Of a stretch of DNA of 44,261 nt, positions 12,849-24,074 are shown piece by piece. How positions within the stretch are numbered: position 1 is the stretch's first letter; each line of letters starts with the position of its first letter. Made by a program: the position numbers and the translations under genes. Source of the DNA: Atractiella rhizophila (lineage: Eukaryota); assembly GCA_021432655.1 (NCBI GenBank), contig MU271563.1:1-44261 (forward strand). The letters are read 5' to 3'. Below the pieces are notes generated by a model. That model made no database searches. It saw only the letters and a list, made by a program, of their open reading frames with translations, and was not told the DNA's origin.

Positions 12849-13346
12849 ATTATCTTTGTAAGACATATGGCTTATGATTAACAAAATGGTTTGAACCACT
12901 TGTTAGAGCAAGGACACAAGCATGTTTACTCACGTGAGTTCACTACCAGCCTGCCCTGTCAGGTTGTTTCTAATTCTAGCTGCATGTTCCAATTAGGATA
13001 GACCCTTTCCCTCTGGATTGGAGGATTTGGAAATAGATGGTAGCTATCCTATTCAATCATTCTTTTCTTCTCCCTTGCTTTGTGAAACGGCCTATTCTCG
13101 CTCAATTCAATCATTCTTTTCTTCTCCCTTGCTTTGTGAAACGGAACATTATCTGAGCCTGAACTTAGATGTGTTAGAGATTTAGAAGCCAAAAACTACC
13201 ATCTATTTCCAAATCCTCCAATCCAGAGGGAAAGGGTCTATCCTAATTGGAACATGCAGCTAGAATTAGAAACAACCTGACAGGGCAGGCTGGTAGTGGT
13301 TCAAACCATTTTGTTAATCATAAGCCATATGTCTTACAAAGATAAT
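12849..13346. repeat. Long inverted repeat (~151-bp arms) with an internal 40-bp direct duplication
   Basis: 12849-13043 vs 13196-13346 are reverse complements apart from a 44-bp insert in the left arm. The spacer holds ATTCAATCATTCTTTTCTTCTCCCTTGCTTTGTGAAACGG twice (13051-13090, 13105-13144). Confidence 0.92.
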
Positions 13347-13886
13347 TGTTGAAGAAACAGAGGTTGTCGAACGAATCCAACCACATCACCTTCAAGATAG
13401 AGAAAGAGGACAAATCAAACCATTCTCTTTTCAACAAAGATGAAGACCTTATTATAGAAGGTCCACCTGAAGGCCCCCCTGCAGATGAGCTGAGTTTGTT
13501 AGAAGTATCTGACAAAGATGGAGGGAAAGATGTTAGAAAGGGCAAGAAGAAGAGCAAGAAGGGTAGGACAAAGAAGATGAATATGTCTGCCACAGTCAAA
13601 GTGAGTTGTTCATCATTTATTGTGGGTAAAGAGAGGAGGTAATATTGATTGTGCCTCAGGTCCTGGAGGTCATCACTAATGAGGAAGACCAGCTGATTGA
13701 TAAAGCCCAAATCAGCTTGTTATTTAGCTGAGATCATAATTTGCAGATATACCTGAAAACGTCCAGATTAAATATGGTGCACATCTTCTCATAGTGAAGG
13801 TGAAGGAAAAGTAGGTGAGAGTATCTTCTCTATTGAAGGAATACATCCTGACTTTTGTTGGGGTACTGGAGAAAATTGGAGGCTTT

Positions 13887-13988
13887 CTACCTTTGACTTA
13901 ATACCGTTCATTCACCAGGATGTATATTATATATCTACCTTTGACTTAATACCATCCTGATGAATGAACGGTATTAAGTCAAGGGTAG
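13887..13988. repeat. Short fold-back (36-bp arms) with a direct copy of the arm start in the spacer
   Basis: 13887-13922 vs 13953-13988 are reverse complements (2 mismatches). CTACCTTTGACTTAATACC is repeated directly at 13935-13953. Confidence 0.85.
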
Positions 13989-14399
13989 TCTACCACCCTG
14001 CTCAATGCATCTGAAGTTAGCACAGTGCAAGGTGTATTTTGAAAAGGTCCCAAAGGAACACAAGGAGCAATCTGTTGTCAGCTCTTGAGTTAACCAAGCT
14101 ACCTTTAAGAAAATGTCTGGGTATATCACAACATCCTTGACTAGATCTGTCAAATGATCCGGAAAGGCCAGATCAAGTTGCTATCCTGAGGGTAAAATTT
14201 CATGTCTCTGAGTTGCTGGCTCAGAGTCATCCTTCGTCTGTTCAGTAGAATAGGAAGAACTGTCTCTTCCTGTTGATCAGACCATGGGTGAGGACTCCTC
14301 TTCGTCTAGCATCAACCAGTCCATAGAGTGACATCAGAAATCTTCTAGTGTTTTGTATGGTGACTACTTGATATACATATCTCATCTTATGAAATGACA

Positions 14400-16630
14400 T
14401 AAGATCCAAGAAGCAAGAGGAAGAATGATCTTAAGCCAAGATTGTTCGAGATTGGTGGATCATCTATTTGTTCCGTTTGCCTTACATTCTGGTTCTCTTA
14501 GGATATCCAGTCTAAGTGGTAGCCCCTTACTTGATAGCCTTACAGCATGTCAGCCCTAACAGCAAGGCTACAATCATTGCTGGAATTGTGAACACTGGAA
14601 AGCAATTTTAAACTTCCAACTCTGTTTGTTACTGCAACACATATTCCAGTTTTCAGTTTCCTCCTAATAATCCGGTTTATTATTTCTTTGGGAACCCAGT
14701 AAAAAGAGGACTCTAGAATGGTATGCACTATTGATACAATACTAGAAAGGTTGCTCAAACTCATCAACAAACACAGGTTGCATTTTTGTTTTCCCTCTAT
14801 CGACAATCCACCACTTTCTTCCATTCTTGTTCAAAATTCTTCCCACTACGCTGATGAGAGATCAGAAATTTATGACCTCTTGCCCCTCTGACAGTGTACC
14901 ACTTGTAAGTCAGCTTAATTTATTTGTCATCCTTTGATGGCTGGTATGAGTTCCCTTGATCCCCATATAATCGCAAGACACTCAAGTTTAGATGTGTTGT
15001 AGTTTGTCTCAGCTGAGGTAAGCTGCCGAGAGAAATACATGATGAGGTGTTCTTTCCCTTCCACAGCATGAATAACTCCTAATCCGATAGTTGAGGCATC
15101 GGTATAAAATAATGGATGACTTGCCATAGTCTAGATGAGCAAGTACTGGTACAGGACCTGAAGCAACTTTTTAAAAGACTGTTGATATTCTTCTGTCCAC
15201 TAGAGGTTAGTCTCCTTTTTGAGTGATTTTGTGATAGGAGCACACAGGTTTTTTCTCTATCTTCTTGATGTATAATTAATAGCTGATGGAAGCATTTCAT
15301 TGCATCATGGTTTGAGCCATGACATGCTGGAAAACTGCTCAAGGATATCATCATTCCATGGTAAAGGGTATTGATCTGCTTTTGTGACAGCATTAAGTTT
15401 TCAATAATCTATCATAAAGTGTACCTTTCCACCAGAAAATGTAATAACAACTAGAGCCGCCCATGTAGAGTTCCTTGCTCTATAAACTCTCTGCCTGCTG
15501 GTAATGCTCTATAGGGAGGCAAAGAGATAGGATGACTATCTCCTGTGTGATAACGAAATTAGCATCTCACATCTCTCCACAGAATAGAAAGCCGTAAGTC
15601 AATGCTTTCCTGTTATGAATTATCATATGCTGCATTGCTTTCCTTTGTTTAGATGTTAGGTCTGAGTTGATGTCAAGCTACTTTAATCCTATGCTCTAAG
15701 ATTCATCAGTTCTTGGCATGAGTCATAAAACACACTTTTGAACATTTGTACCTCCCTCACCTGGCACAATGAAATAAATTATGCCACCTTATTGCATATA
15801 CTTGTACCTTTATGAATCTGCAAGGAAACTTTATTTTGCAGAGGTCAAAAAATGTGTTTCATACTGGCCTTGAACCCTTACAAGGGTTGTAGTAGGGTTC
15901 AAGGGGCTATGCTCCATGTAAGTGGATTGGAGGGCCTGAGGGACGAAGGCCCATGACATACTTGTGCCTCAAGAAAAACCTTCAGGTCTTCTTGTTGAGA
16001 TAGTGTGTCATTGACACCAACATTCGCTTTAGTCTTTTTGGCTGGGATAATATCTTCTAGTATCTCTCCATGTTGAAAGATAGATCACTTGGTCCCTATC
16101 TAGTATAGCATTCTTCTACTCTGATAGGTGCATTTTGAAGTCACTTATCCCGGACTAGAGGGAGAGTTCGAAGTTGGGAATAAACGTTTGGTGGGCAAAC
16201 ACCGAAGCAGCTCAGTGAAAAAGAACTAGAACAGCAACTAGTGGTTTTGCAACGGAAAATACACTTTTCAACACTATAATTGACCCAAAGTACACTAAGC
16301 AAGCACCTGGGGACGAGAGAAATAAGTATGAAGTCAAACAAAAGTGTAGGATGCTCACAGTACGAGTGAGGAATGCTATTTCCATCTAAACTTTCCCCTT
16401 TATAGCTTTTCCTCCTCCAGCGCTCCACCTAGCGCCACCTTCTTTCCCTGATCTCCTACATCCTTCCCTAAATCCTTCGTTGCCCTATTTCTTTATATCT
16501 TGTCCACATTTTATATCTTGTTCAATCACCATTGTCTTCTTATTTAAGGTTAAGATGAAGTTTCTATTGGTCCTTGTTCTATCTTGAATTGGCCTTTGTC
16601 TGCTTTGCCTTGTTCTGATTGAATTAAAAA
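14400..16630 (-). pseudogene. Decayed Ty3/gypsy gag-pol remnant
   Basis: RNase H motif LFYTDASTIGLGVI...YFSRQLTSAETNYNTSKLECLAIIWG (14927-15127), with disrupted RT/integrase-like flanks. Confidence 0.75.
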
Positions 16631-16941
16631 CATGGTTGTGGAGTTATGCGTTGCGGGGAAGTACGTAATTTGGTTGATGTTGCAGTGAAATAGGTTGTTT
16701 GTCTTGCACGTGCCTGTCTTTGGCGTATGTACAGACGGGATGGGGTACGTCAATTTCCTTGCTTTAAGTCAATGGGTCCTACTAAAAATTCTTGTGTTTT
16801 AATAGATTCTAGGTTCTGAATGTGATAGCATGAGCTCTCTCGTTCACTTGGTCCCCTTCTATTCTACACTTAAGGTTAGGGTCACGTTCTGGTTCCACAG
16901 CGATTTGACCACCATCTGCTGTGGACCAGGTCCAGCGTACA

Positions 16942-16954
16942 TGGTAGCGAGAGC
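16942..16954 (+). promoter_or_regulatory. Putative tRNA primer-binding site of the copia element
   Basis: TGGTAGCGAGAGC directly follows a CA LTR end. TGG complements the tRNA CCA end; probably initiator tRNA-Met (inferred). Confidence 0.55.
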
Positions 16955-17062
16955 CGGATAGAATCCGGATCAATTCCAAGAATCAATTTTTTTTTTCCTT
17001 TTACACTCCAATTTCGAACGTCACAACGTTACCCTACCCCATTAGACGGTCACCTCACCATA

Positions 17063-17759
17063 TGTTAGGGCTGACACTATGTGCGGTCGCCGATAGGCGA
17101 TGCGTCTGTAGTGGAGATAAACCTAAGTGCATGATATGACATGAAGACTAACCTGTAGTGGAGATAAACCTAAGAGAATACTCTGAGGTCACCTCCACTA
17201 CTCTCTGATCTATATATACAAGCGGAATAACACTGCCACAGAGCGTAGAGGAGAGCAGATGAAACATGTAAGAGGACTAGAAGGGGAAGTGACAGTGGGA
17301 TTACGCGGAGTTAATAAGAGGAGGATAGGCACAATTGGGCTAAGTGGTGATGTAGGCGCAAATGGGCGAACGGGCGCCGATTTGCACTGCGTGCAAATAG
17401 GCGACGGGAGACGCAGTGGCGACGGGAGACGCAGTGGCGACGGGAGACGCAGTGGCGACGGGAGACGTGGCGACGGGAGACGCAGTGGCGACGGGAGACG
17501 CAGTGGCGACGGGAGACGCAGTGGCGACGGGAGACGCAGTGGCGACGGGAGACGCAGTGGCGACGGGAGACGCAGTGGCGACGGGACGCAGTGGCGACGG
17601 GAGACGCAGTGGCGACGGGAGACGCAGTGGCGACGGGAGACGCAGTGGCGACGGGAGACGTAGTGGCGAACGGGCGCCAATTCGCAGGGAACGCAAATGG
17701 GCGATAGGAGACGCAATCCGGCGAACGGGCGCCGATTTGCGTAAGATGCAAACCTGACA
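17063..17759 (-). mobile_element. Solo LTR, subfamily B, inserted in the copia gag 5' region
   Basis: TGTTAGGG...CTGACA ends; perfect TSD CCATA (17058-17062 and 17760-17764). Removing it restores the frame ...PIRRSPHHISNQRNLNV into gag. Confidence 0.93.
17400..17664. repeat. 18-bp minisatellite (GGCGACGGGAGACGCAGT)x15 inside LTR U3
   Basis: 13 full-length units plus one 15-bp and one 16-bp unit; no spacers. Confidence 0.95.
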
Positions 17760-20700
17760 CCATATCAGTAATCAGCGAAATCTCAATGTACCTGACGAAT
17801 CATCACCCACACGATTTTCTTCTCCAGCTATCTCTTCAGTCACCAAGCCTTTAACTCTGTCTACACCTTCTTCTTCTACTTCTTTGGTCCCCATGGAGGG
17901 TCCGAGAATGCCTCTGTACGGTGGTGGTGGTGACCACATCATCAACAACATACCTTCCATTTCGAGGGTCGGGTTTGAACGATGGTGGAAAGTGATTGTT
18001 CCTGGACTCAAGAGTCTAAAAGTTCATCAATATTGCCTTGATCAGAAACCAGACAATGGATTCATACGACAGAAACCCGTTTATCCTGGGGACGATGCGT
18101 CTGAAGCCACGAAAAGAGCTTGGGAAATGAACGTAATTGAATGGGATGCTGGAAATGTGAATGCCATTGCTGTCCTGCACGCGAACATGGATATTTCGGC
18201 TCAGAACAAAATTGCTCCGGACAAGAAACTTGCAACATCGATTGTTGTGAAACTTCGCTCTGTTTGTGGTACATCCCACTCCATCATTGCTCACTCTGCC
18301 TGGGGTACCTTTGCTAAACTATCTCAAGCGAACTCAGGATGCCAATCAATAGCAGAATTTATCATGATGTGGAACAACTCTTACACTGCCCTTTTGGCAG
18401 CAGACTCCCAATACGTTGACTCAGAACGAGTTCGTTTCTTAATCTTTGTCAATGCTCTGGAAGCGGAATGGAGGGATGTGGCCTTGGATGAATCGAAAGT
18501 GCCTCGTAACAACCTGGCAGTGTGCTTCGAGCACCTGAAGAAGGTAGCCCACTCCCGTGGAGTGCAGCACCAACTGGAGGACAAGATATCGACCGGGTCT
18601 ACATCATGTTCGAGAGCACAGAGCGTTAGCGCTTTTGTGACTGGGCTCGACCGACGATTCCCTCCTATGGGACGCTCTAGATGCATGAATTCCCGACAGT
18701 ACAATGCCAACATTCCTATTACCAACGCCCTCCAACTACGGGACCACAGGTATTTTCATACGACGATGCCCCTCTGCCCACTGGGAACATCCAGACCAAT
18801 GCTCCTTTCTCACCCAATCGGACCAAGATTATCCAACACGATCTTCCCCGATTGATCGCCAGTGCTCAGATTGTGAGCAACGTAGATGAGAGATTCCTCA
18901 ACCTTCTACCAGCGGACACTTGGAGGAACATCCTCTTTACATTCCAGGATATACTGCTGAGAATCCACTTGTAGAAAGCGAACCACACTTTCTCTCAAAA
19001 GCTACATATGCAGTTGATGGAGAAAAATCGTTCAAAGAGGCCTTAGCCACGTACACGGATGAACAGTATATCGCTTTCGAATTTCTTCAAGATCCTGACC
19101 ATCCACATCATGACCCCATGCGGACGCCTTCCCCTACTACTGCTAATCCAAGACTATCTGCGTTCTTTGTTTCACCTACGATTCCCAATCATGTTGATTC
19201 ACGACTTGCTTCTTCTTCTTCTAATATTTCTTCTGAACAGCCTTGCTTGGAAATGGTCCCGATCCTTCTTCTTCTCCTTTATCAGTTTCTTATCCAACTG
19301 ATTTCTCATCATATTATAAAAATTTTCGTCATTACCAATTACCTTCTCATCTCATTTCTTCCATTTGTTTTCTGACTTGCGTTGTGGGCAGACAACTTCC
19401 TATTGATGTTGCGGCGAAATCTCCTTATTCAGTCTCTTTGGAAGATGTATCCCAACCCCGATCGACCGCCTCAATCTCGCATACCTCTATCTACGATGCC
19501 ATCATCCCAGATGGGGCCCATCGATTCCTCTTCCGTGATGTCCCCGGAGTCGACATAGTTTCGCTTCCATCCTATGTCGATTCTGCTGCCACCGTGTCCA
19601 TGTCAAGCTCCACCGAACTTTTTGAAGATCTCTGTCCACTCCACCCTCCTCTATTCATTGTTGGAGCGTTTGGCACCAGAGGTTTCGCGACTCACACAGG
19701 GCGTGTACGACCGCTCCTCGAAGATGCCAGGGCCGCGACATCATGCAGGCGGACTTTGGGACTGGCCTTTATGTCGCGGGTCTCGGTGTGACTTTAATAT
19801 CGCAACTCAACTTGATGAAACGATGGATCAAGTTCACCAACAATCGTGATCGTCTCCTCTTCTGATGTGAGAATGGCCTGCACTTTGGGATGGCAAAATT
19901 TGGCAAAAGTCAGATCGAACTGGAGGCAAGTGCCCATTTCTTACCTGCAAAGGAGTACACAACTCATATTCCTATCTCTGCTTATACAACTACGACTGCT
20001 CAAACCTGGCATGCACATTTTGGCCACATAGGGTCAAAACAGTGGAGGGAATTGTGTACTGGAAAGGGGGTGACGGGCTGTGATTGCGATTCGACTAAGT
20101 TGAATCCATGCACATCATGCACGGCTGGAAAATCGAAAGCACGTCCGAGTCGGGTAGTCACTAAGTCGACTTCGTACGCGAAAGGTGAACGGATAGACTG
20201 TGATTTTGTGGGACCTGCCCCAGTTGTGTCAATGCATTCCGGTGTGCGATACGGTCTTAGGACCATTGAGGAGTCCATAGCCAGACTATGGTGGATTCCC
20301 CTTCGAGCCAAATCTGAGACTACGATGGTTCTGAAGCACTGGATTTTGGAGACTGAGCGACGCTATGATATCAAGGTGAAGATTGTCTGAAGCAACAATG
20401 GTGGAGAATTTCAATCTGTACAATTCAAATCTTTCATTTGTCAAAATGGTCTATCTCATGAGACCTCAATTCCTTATATTCATAATCAGATGGGATTTAT
20501 TGAAAGACAGTGGCATACTTTGTTTGATGTTGTATGAACAATTTTGTTTGAATCAGGTTTACCTTTATCTTTTTGGGAGAAAGCAGTGCAGTTCACGGTC
20601 TATACTCTTAATCGTCTTCCGACATTCTCGCATAGATTGTGGAAATGTCCAGAATCATCCTGGACTGGAAAAGTACCAGATGTGTCACACCTCCACACTT

Positions 20701-22090
20701 TTGGACGCCTTGTAGTTATACATATCCCTAAGGAGAAACAGGTCTCAAAATTACATGCAAGAGAATCCTGGGTTACTTTGTTGGATACCTGGAAGGAAAG
20801 AAGGGATGGTTGTTCTGGATTCTGGGACAGAGACGTTTTGTGGAATCTAAGGAGGTGCAGTGGTTTGAAGATCAGTTCTACAGAGACAGGGGGGAGCAGG
20901 AGACGGTAAAATTGACCAGTTGGTCACTGAATAAGCTCATGCCTTCAGATTTTGACTATCTTGCTGACAATATGCCTGTTCAAGTACCAGATGCTGATGT
21001 GATAATACCGCCTCCCATGACGATGACGAACATGCAACTTAACCCTGAACCACCCACTAGATCACCTTCTCTGACAAGGATGCACATCTTACCTGCAGGG
21101 CAGCTGGATAGGTGCGACGATAACAGCGAGCAGGAGAAGCTTTCTGCCGGTAATGAAGGGCAGGAACCCCTCCCACGGACTCGTACTCCCCGAAAGAGGG
21201 TTCCGAATCATTCTCCTAATCCCTACCCGCTGCCTTTGCACACCAGACGGATTATTCCTAGGGTCGATTATCGGGCTTTGAACAGTGGGCTCCCACAACC
21301 TGACAGCGCTCACAGGGATAGGTCCGATCTGAAACATTCTCAAGCACATACAGTAAAACCCCTCTCTCATTCTGAGCGCATTTCGGCTTTCCACCTCAAC
21401 GCACATTTCCAGCCGGGATTACGAGACTTCAATCCATCAGTTGCTGTGAAGGAAATGAATGCAGCTCTAAGGGCTTCAAACCAGTCAGCTCTCCCAGATA
21501 ATAGGATTGGTGTAAGTAGATGGGAAGTATTTGCGACAGGGGTAGGATGGAATGGGAATCTAGATGAACCTACGTTTAAACAAGCATTAGGAGGGCCACA
21601 CGCAGATGAATGGTGGACTGCGATCCAAGCTGAAATGGTGGTTCTTTGTGCCATGGGGACTTGGGAAGACGAGTTGGTTGACTTACCGCATGGAAAGCGT
21701 CCAATTGGATGTAAGTGGGTTTTGCTGATAAAGAGGGACTTAGATGGAAATATCATCAAGTATAAAGCAAGGCTTGTTGCTAGAGGTGACAGACAGGTGC
21801 CCGGGCAAAATTTCAAGGAGACGTATGCTCCTACTGTTCGTATGTCCTCTGTTCGCACCATCCTTTCCCTTGCTGCATCACAACGATGGGCGTTGGCACA
21901 ATTTGATGTTAGCAATGTGTTTCTTCATGGGGATCTGAAAGAGGGAGTATACTTACAGCAACCGCAAGGATTTATGGACCCCAATTCGCCCATCGAAGGT
22001 ATTCAGATTATGGAAGACGCTTTACGGACTATGACAGGCAGGAAAAGGCTGGAATGACACACCTCACACCTTTCTTATGCGACAAGGCTA

Positions 22091-22985
22091 ACGACCCCAC
22101 AGGGACAACGGTGACGACTTTGGTTTTTTTTGCTACAAAAAGTGCGATGCCATTCATAGATTTGAGAAATTTAAGAAACCGTGACAACATATGTTCAGCT
22201 CCATTGCTTAGATGTTATCGTCAAGTGGAATAGCTTATCGGGTAACGATTATGAGAGCAATCAATACGGAAAGTAGTGGTTCCCCATTCCTGGCCTGCAG
22301 GGTCAATGGTGAACCTTGATTCACCTGACTGTAACACGCTCACGCGCATTGCGTCACTGCTCCCTCCTCCATCACAATAGCTCATCCAGCATTCCTTCAG
22401 CCCTCAGGAGCCCCTCAGTATCATAAAACAAGCTCTTAGGTTATGACCAGACCAAAACAACAACCTCCCAAATCTCGAAAAGTGAAGACTGAAGCTCTCA
22501 ACAAATCCGAAACCTATGCTCGACAGCTCATTCAAGACACCCCTGCCTACATCAAGAGACAGGCCAAGAAGAAGGGAAAGCAGTTTCCAATCGATGTTAC
22601 TGCCATAGCGAGAACATTTAGCGTTCCTCGCCAAAGCCTCGTGAATCGACTGCAGGGCCATCGAACGAAGGACGAAGACATGCAGTCACGGCAAAAGCTG
22701 ACACCAGCTCAAGAGGACGCCATTGTCGAAATATGCAACTTCTGCGAACGGATCTTTTACCCTGTCACGAAGCAGTACATCATCAACTTTGCGAAAGAGC
22801 TTTACATAGAGACCCACCCGGAAAAATCAGCGGATGGTCTCAGCAGTCGCGGCTGGTACGAGGGGTTCATGAAACGCCATCCGGAATTCGCCAATCGAGT
22901 AGCCCGACGGATTGGGAAGGAACGTATCAACATCTCGTATCAAGAGTTAGAGAAGTGGTGGGAGGAGCTGGGAAAGGCTTGCGAA
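22091..22985 (+). mobile_element. 3'-truncated Fot1/pogo transposon copy
   Basis: TA followed by left TIR ACGACCCCACAGGGACAACGGTGA; near-identical to the copy at 24075 up to ...GCTTGCGAA, where it runs into an A18 tract (22984-23001). Confidence 0.93.
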
Positions 22986-23001
22986 AAAAAAAAAAAAAAA
23001 A

Positions 23002-23094
23002 GTGCGACCCTTATTCTTTGGTAACGCTATTGAAGAGTTTCTGGTTGGGCGTATCCTGTCCAATCAAACCATACGGCAATGTCACCTCCCCCAG
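23002..23094. repeat. 93-bp dispersed element, copy 1
   Basis: 92/93 identical to 37317-37409; GTGCGA...CCCCAG ends; internal hairpin; preceded by A18. Confidence 0.9.
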
Positions 23095-23241
23095 AATGGT
23101 TGACTATACTGTTAGGAACATGCTGAGAGATAATCGGTGATTGAGTACTCATAACACTTCTTTGGAAACTACATTATCTGTTAAATTGTGTGCAGGCACG
23201 TGTGGCTTCAAGGGTGACAAAATGTGAGGCAACAGAGAATC

Positions 23242-23712
23242 TGTCAGGTTTGCATCTTACGCAAATCGGCGCCCGTTCGCCGGATTGCGTCTCCTATCGC
23301 CCATTTGCATTCCCTGCGAATCGGCGCCTGTTCACCACTGCGTCTCCCGTCGCCACTGCGTCTCCCGTCGCCACTGCGTCTCCCGTCGCCACTGCGTCTC
23401 CCGTTCGCTCATTTGCACCTACATCACCACTTAGCCCAATTGTGTCTATTCTCCTCATATTAACCCCATGTAATCCCACTGTTGCTCCCCCCTTTTACTT
23501 CTCTTACATGTTTCATCTGCTCTCCTCTACGCTCTGTGGCAGTGTTATTCCGCTTGTATATATAGATCAGAGAGTAGTGGAGGTGACCTTAGAGTATTCT
23601 CTTAGGCTTATCTCCACTACAGGTTAGTCTTCATGTCATATCATGCTCTTAGGTTTATCTCCACTACAGATGCATGGCCCTTTGGCGACCGCACATAGTA
23701 TCTGCCCTAACA
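23242..23712 (+). mobile_element. 5' LTR, subfamily B
   Basis: TGTCAGG...CTAACA ends; ~4 minisatellite units; TATATATA at 23557-23564; followed by the self-complementary PBS. Confidence 0.9.
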
Positions 23713-23714
23713 GA

Positions 23715-23724
23715 AGAATACTCT
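23715..23724 (+). promoter_or_regulatory. Self-priming (Tf1-type) primer-binding site
   Basis: AGAATACTCT just after the LTR is the exact reverse complement of AGAGTATTCT at 23591-23600, ~30 nt downstream of the TATA box. No TGG tRNA-type PBS is present. Confidence 0.7.
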
Positions 23725-24074
23725 TCCTCCTTTTCAAAATCAAACTTAGAAAATGTCGGAGGTTTGCGGAGATATGGAAACGCGTGAATCACTGATGAGC
23801 AAAGAACGTATCCATCACTTAGAAAAGATGTTCCAAACTCTACACCTCACAACCGAAAAGCAGTTCAAAAAACTCAGACAAGACCTCATATCAAGTTTCA
23901 ACCAACAAAACACACAAACCTCCCAGAATGCGAATGAAATTGTGTGACTGAGGTCCAACGTCCCAAAACACAAACGACCAAATTTTACAATTGCTGGACT
24001 CCAGACTACCTCCTCCTAACCAACCTTTTTATTACAAAGAGACTCAATACCTCAAACTTACTCTCCTCACTCTA

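Larger units (their letters stand above)
16637..22090 (+). mobile_element. Ty1/copia retrotransposon, 3'-truncated and pseudogenised
   Basis: Gag (17884-18855), GAG-pre-integrase AQTWHAHFGH..C..C, integrase (KIV*SNNGGEF), then RT LVDLPHGKRPIGCKWV..KYKARLVARG..Q, i.e. IN-before-RT copia order. Putative 5' LTR ends ...TACA at 16941 (start tentative). Cut at 22090 by a pogo insertion; no RNase H or 3' LTR. Confidence 0.88.

Noticed and set aside
17210..17763. Repetitive ORFs (GDGRRS, ATGDAV, PSPLRL) and a CRISPR-like appearance
   Set aside because: They are translations of an 18-bp head-to-tail minisatellite with no spacers, inside a TSD-flanked LTR in a eukaryote.
17063..22090. The LTR at 17063 as the 5' LTR of the copia element
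   Set aside because: It has its own CCATA TSD, is antisense, belongs to the chromovirus family and interrupts the copia gag frame. The copia PBS lies upstream at 16942.
23002..23094. 93-bp element as a hammerhead ribozyme, tRNA or 5S derivative
   Set aside because: No CUGANGA/GAAA core with matching stems, no cloverleaf, and no recognisable A/B boxes.
23237..23241. GAATC before the 23242 LTR matching the TSD of the 34057 LTR as evidence of an inversion between them
   Set aside because: The LTRs are in opposite orientation, so an exchanged flank would read GATTC. Treated as coincidence.
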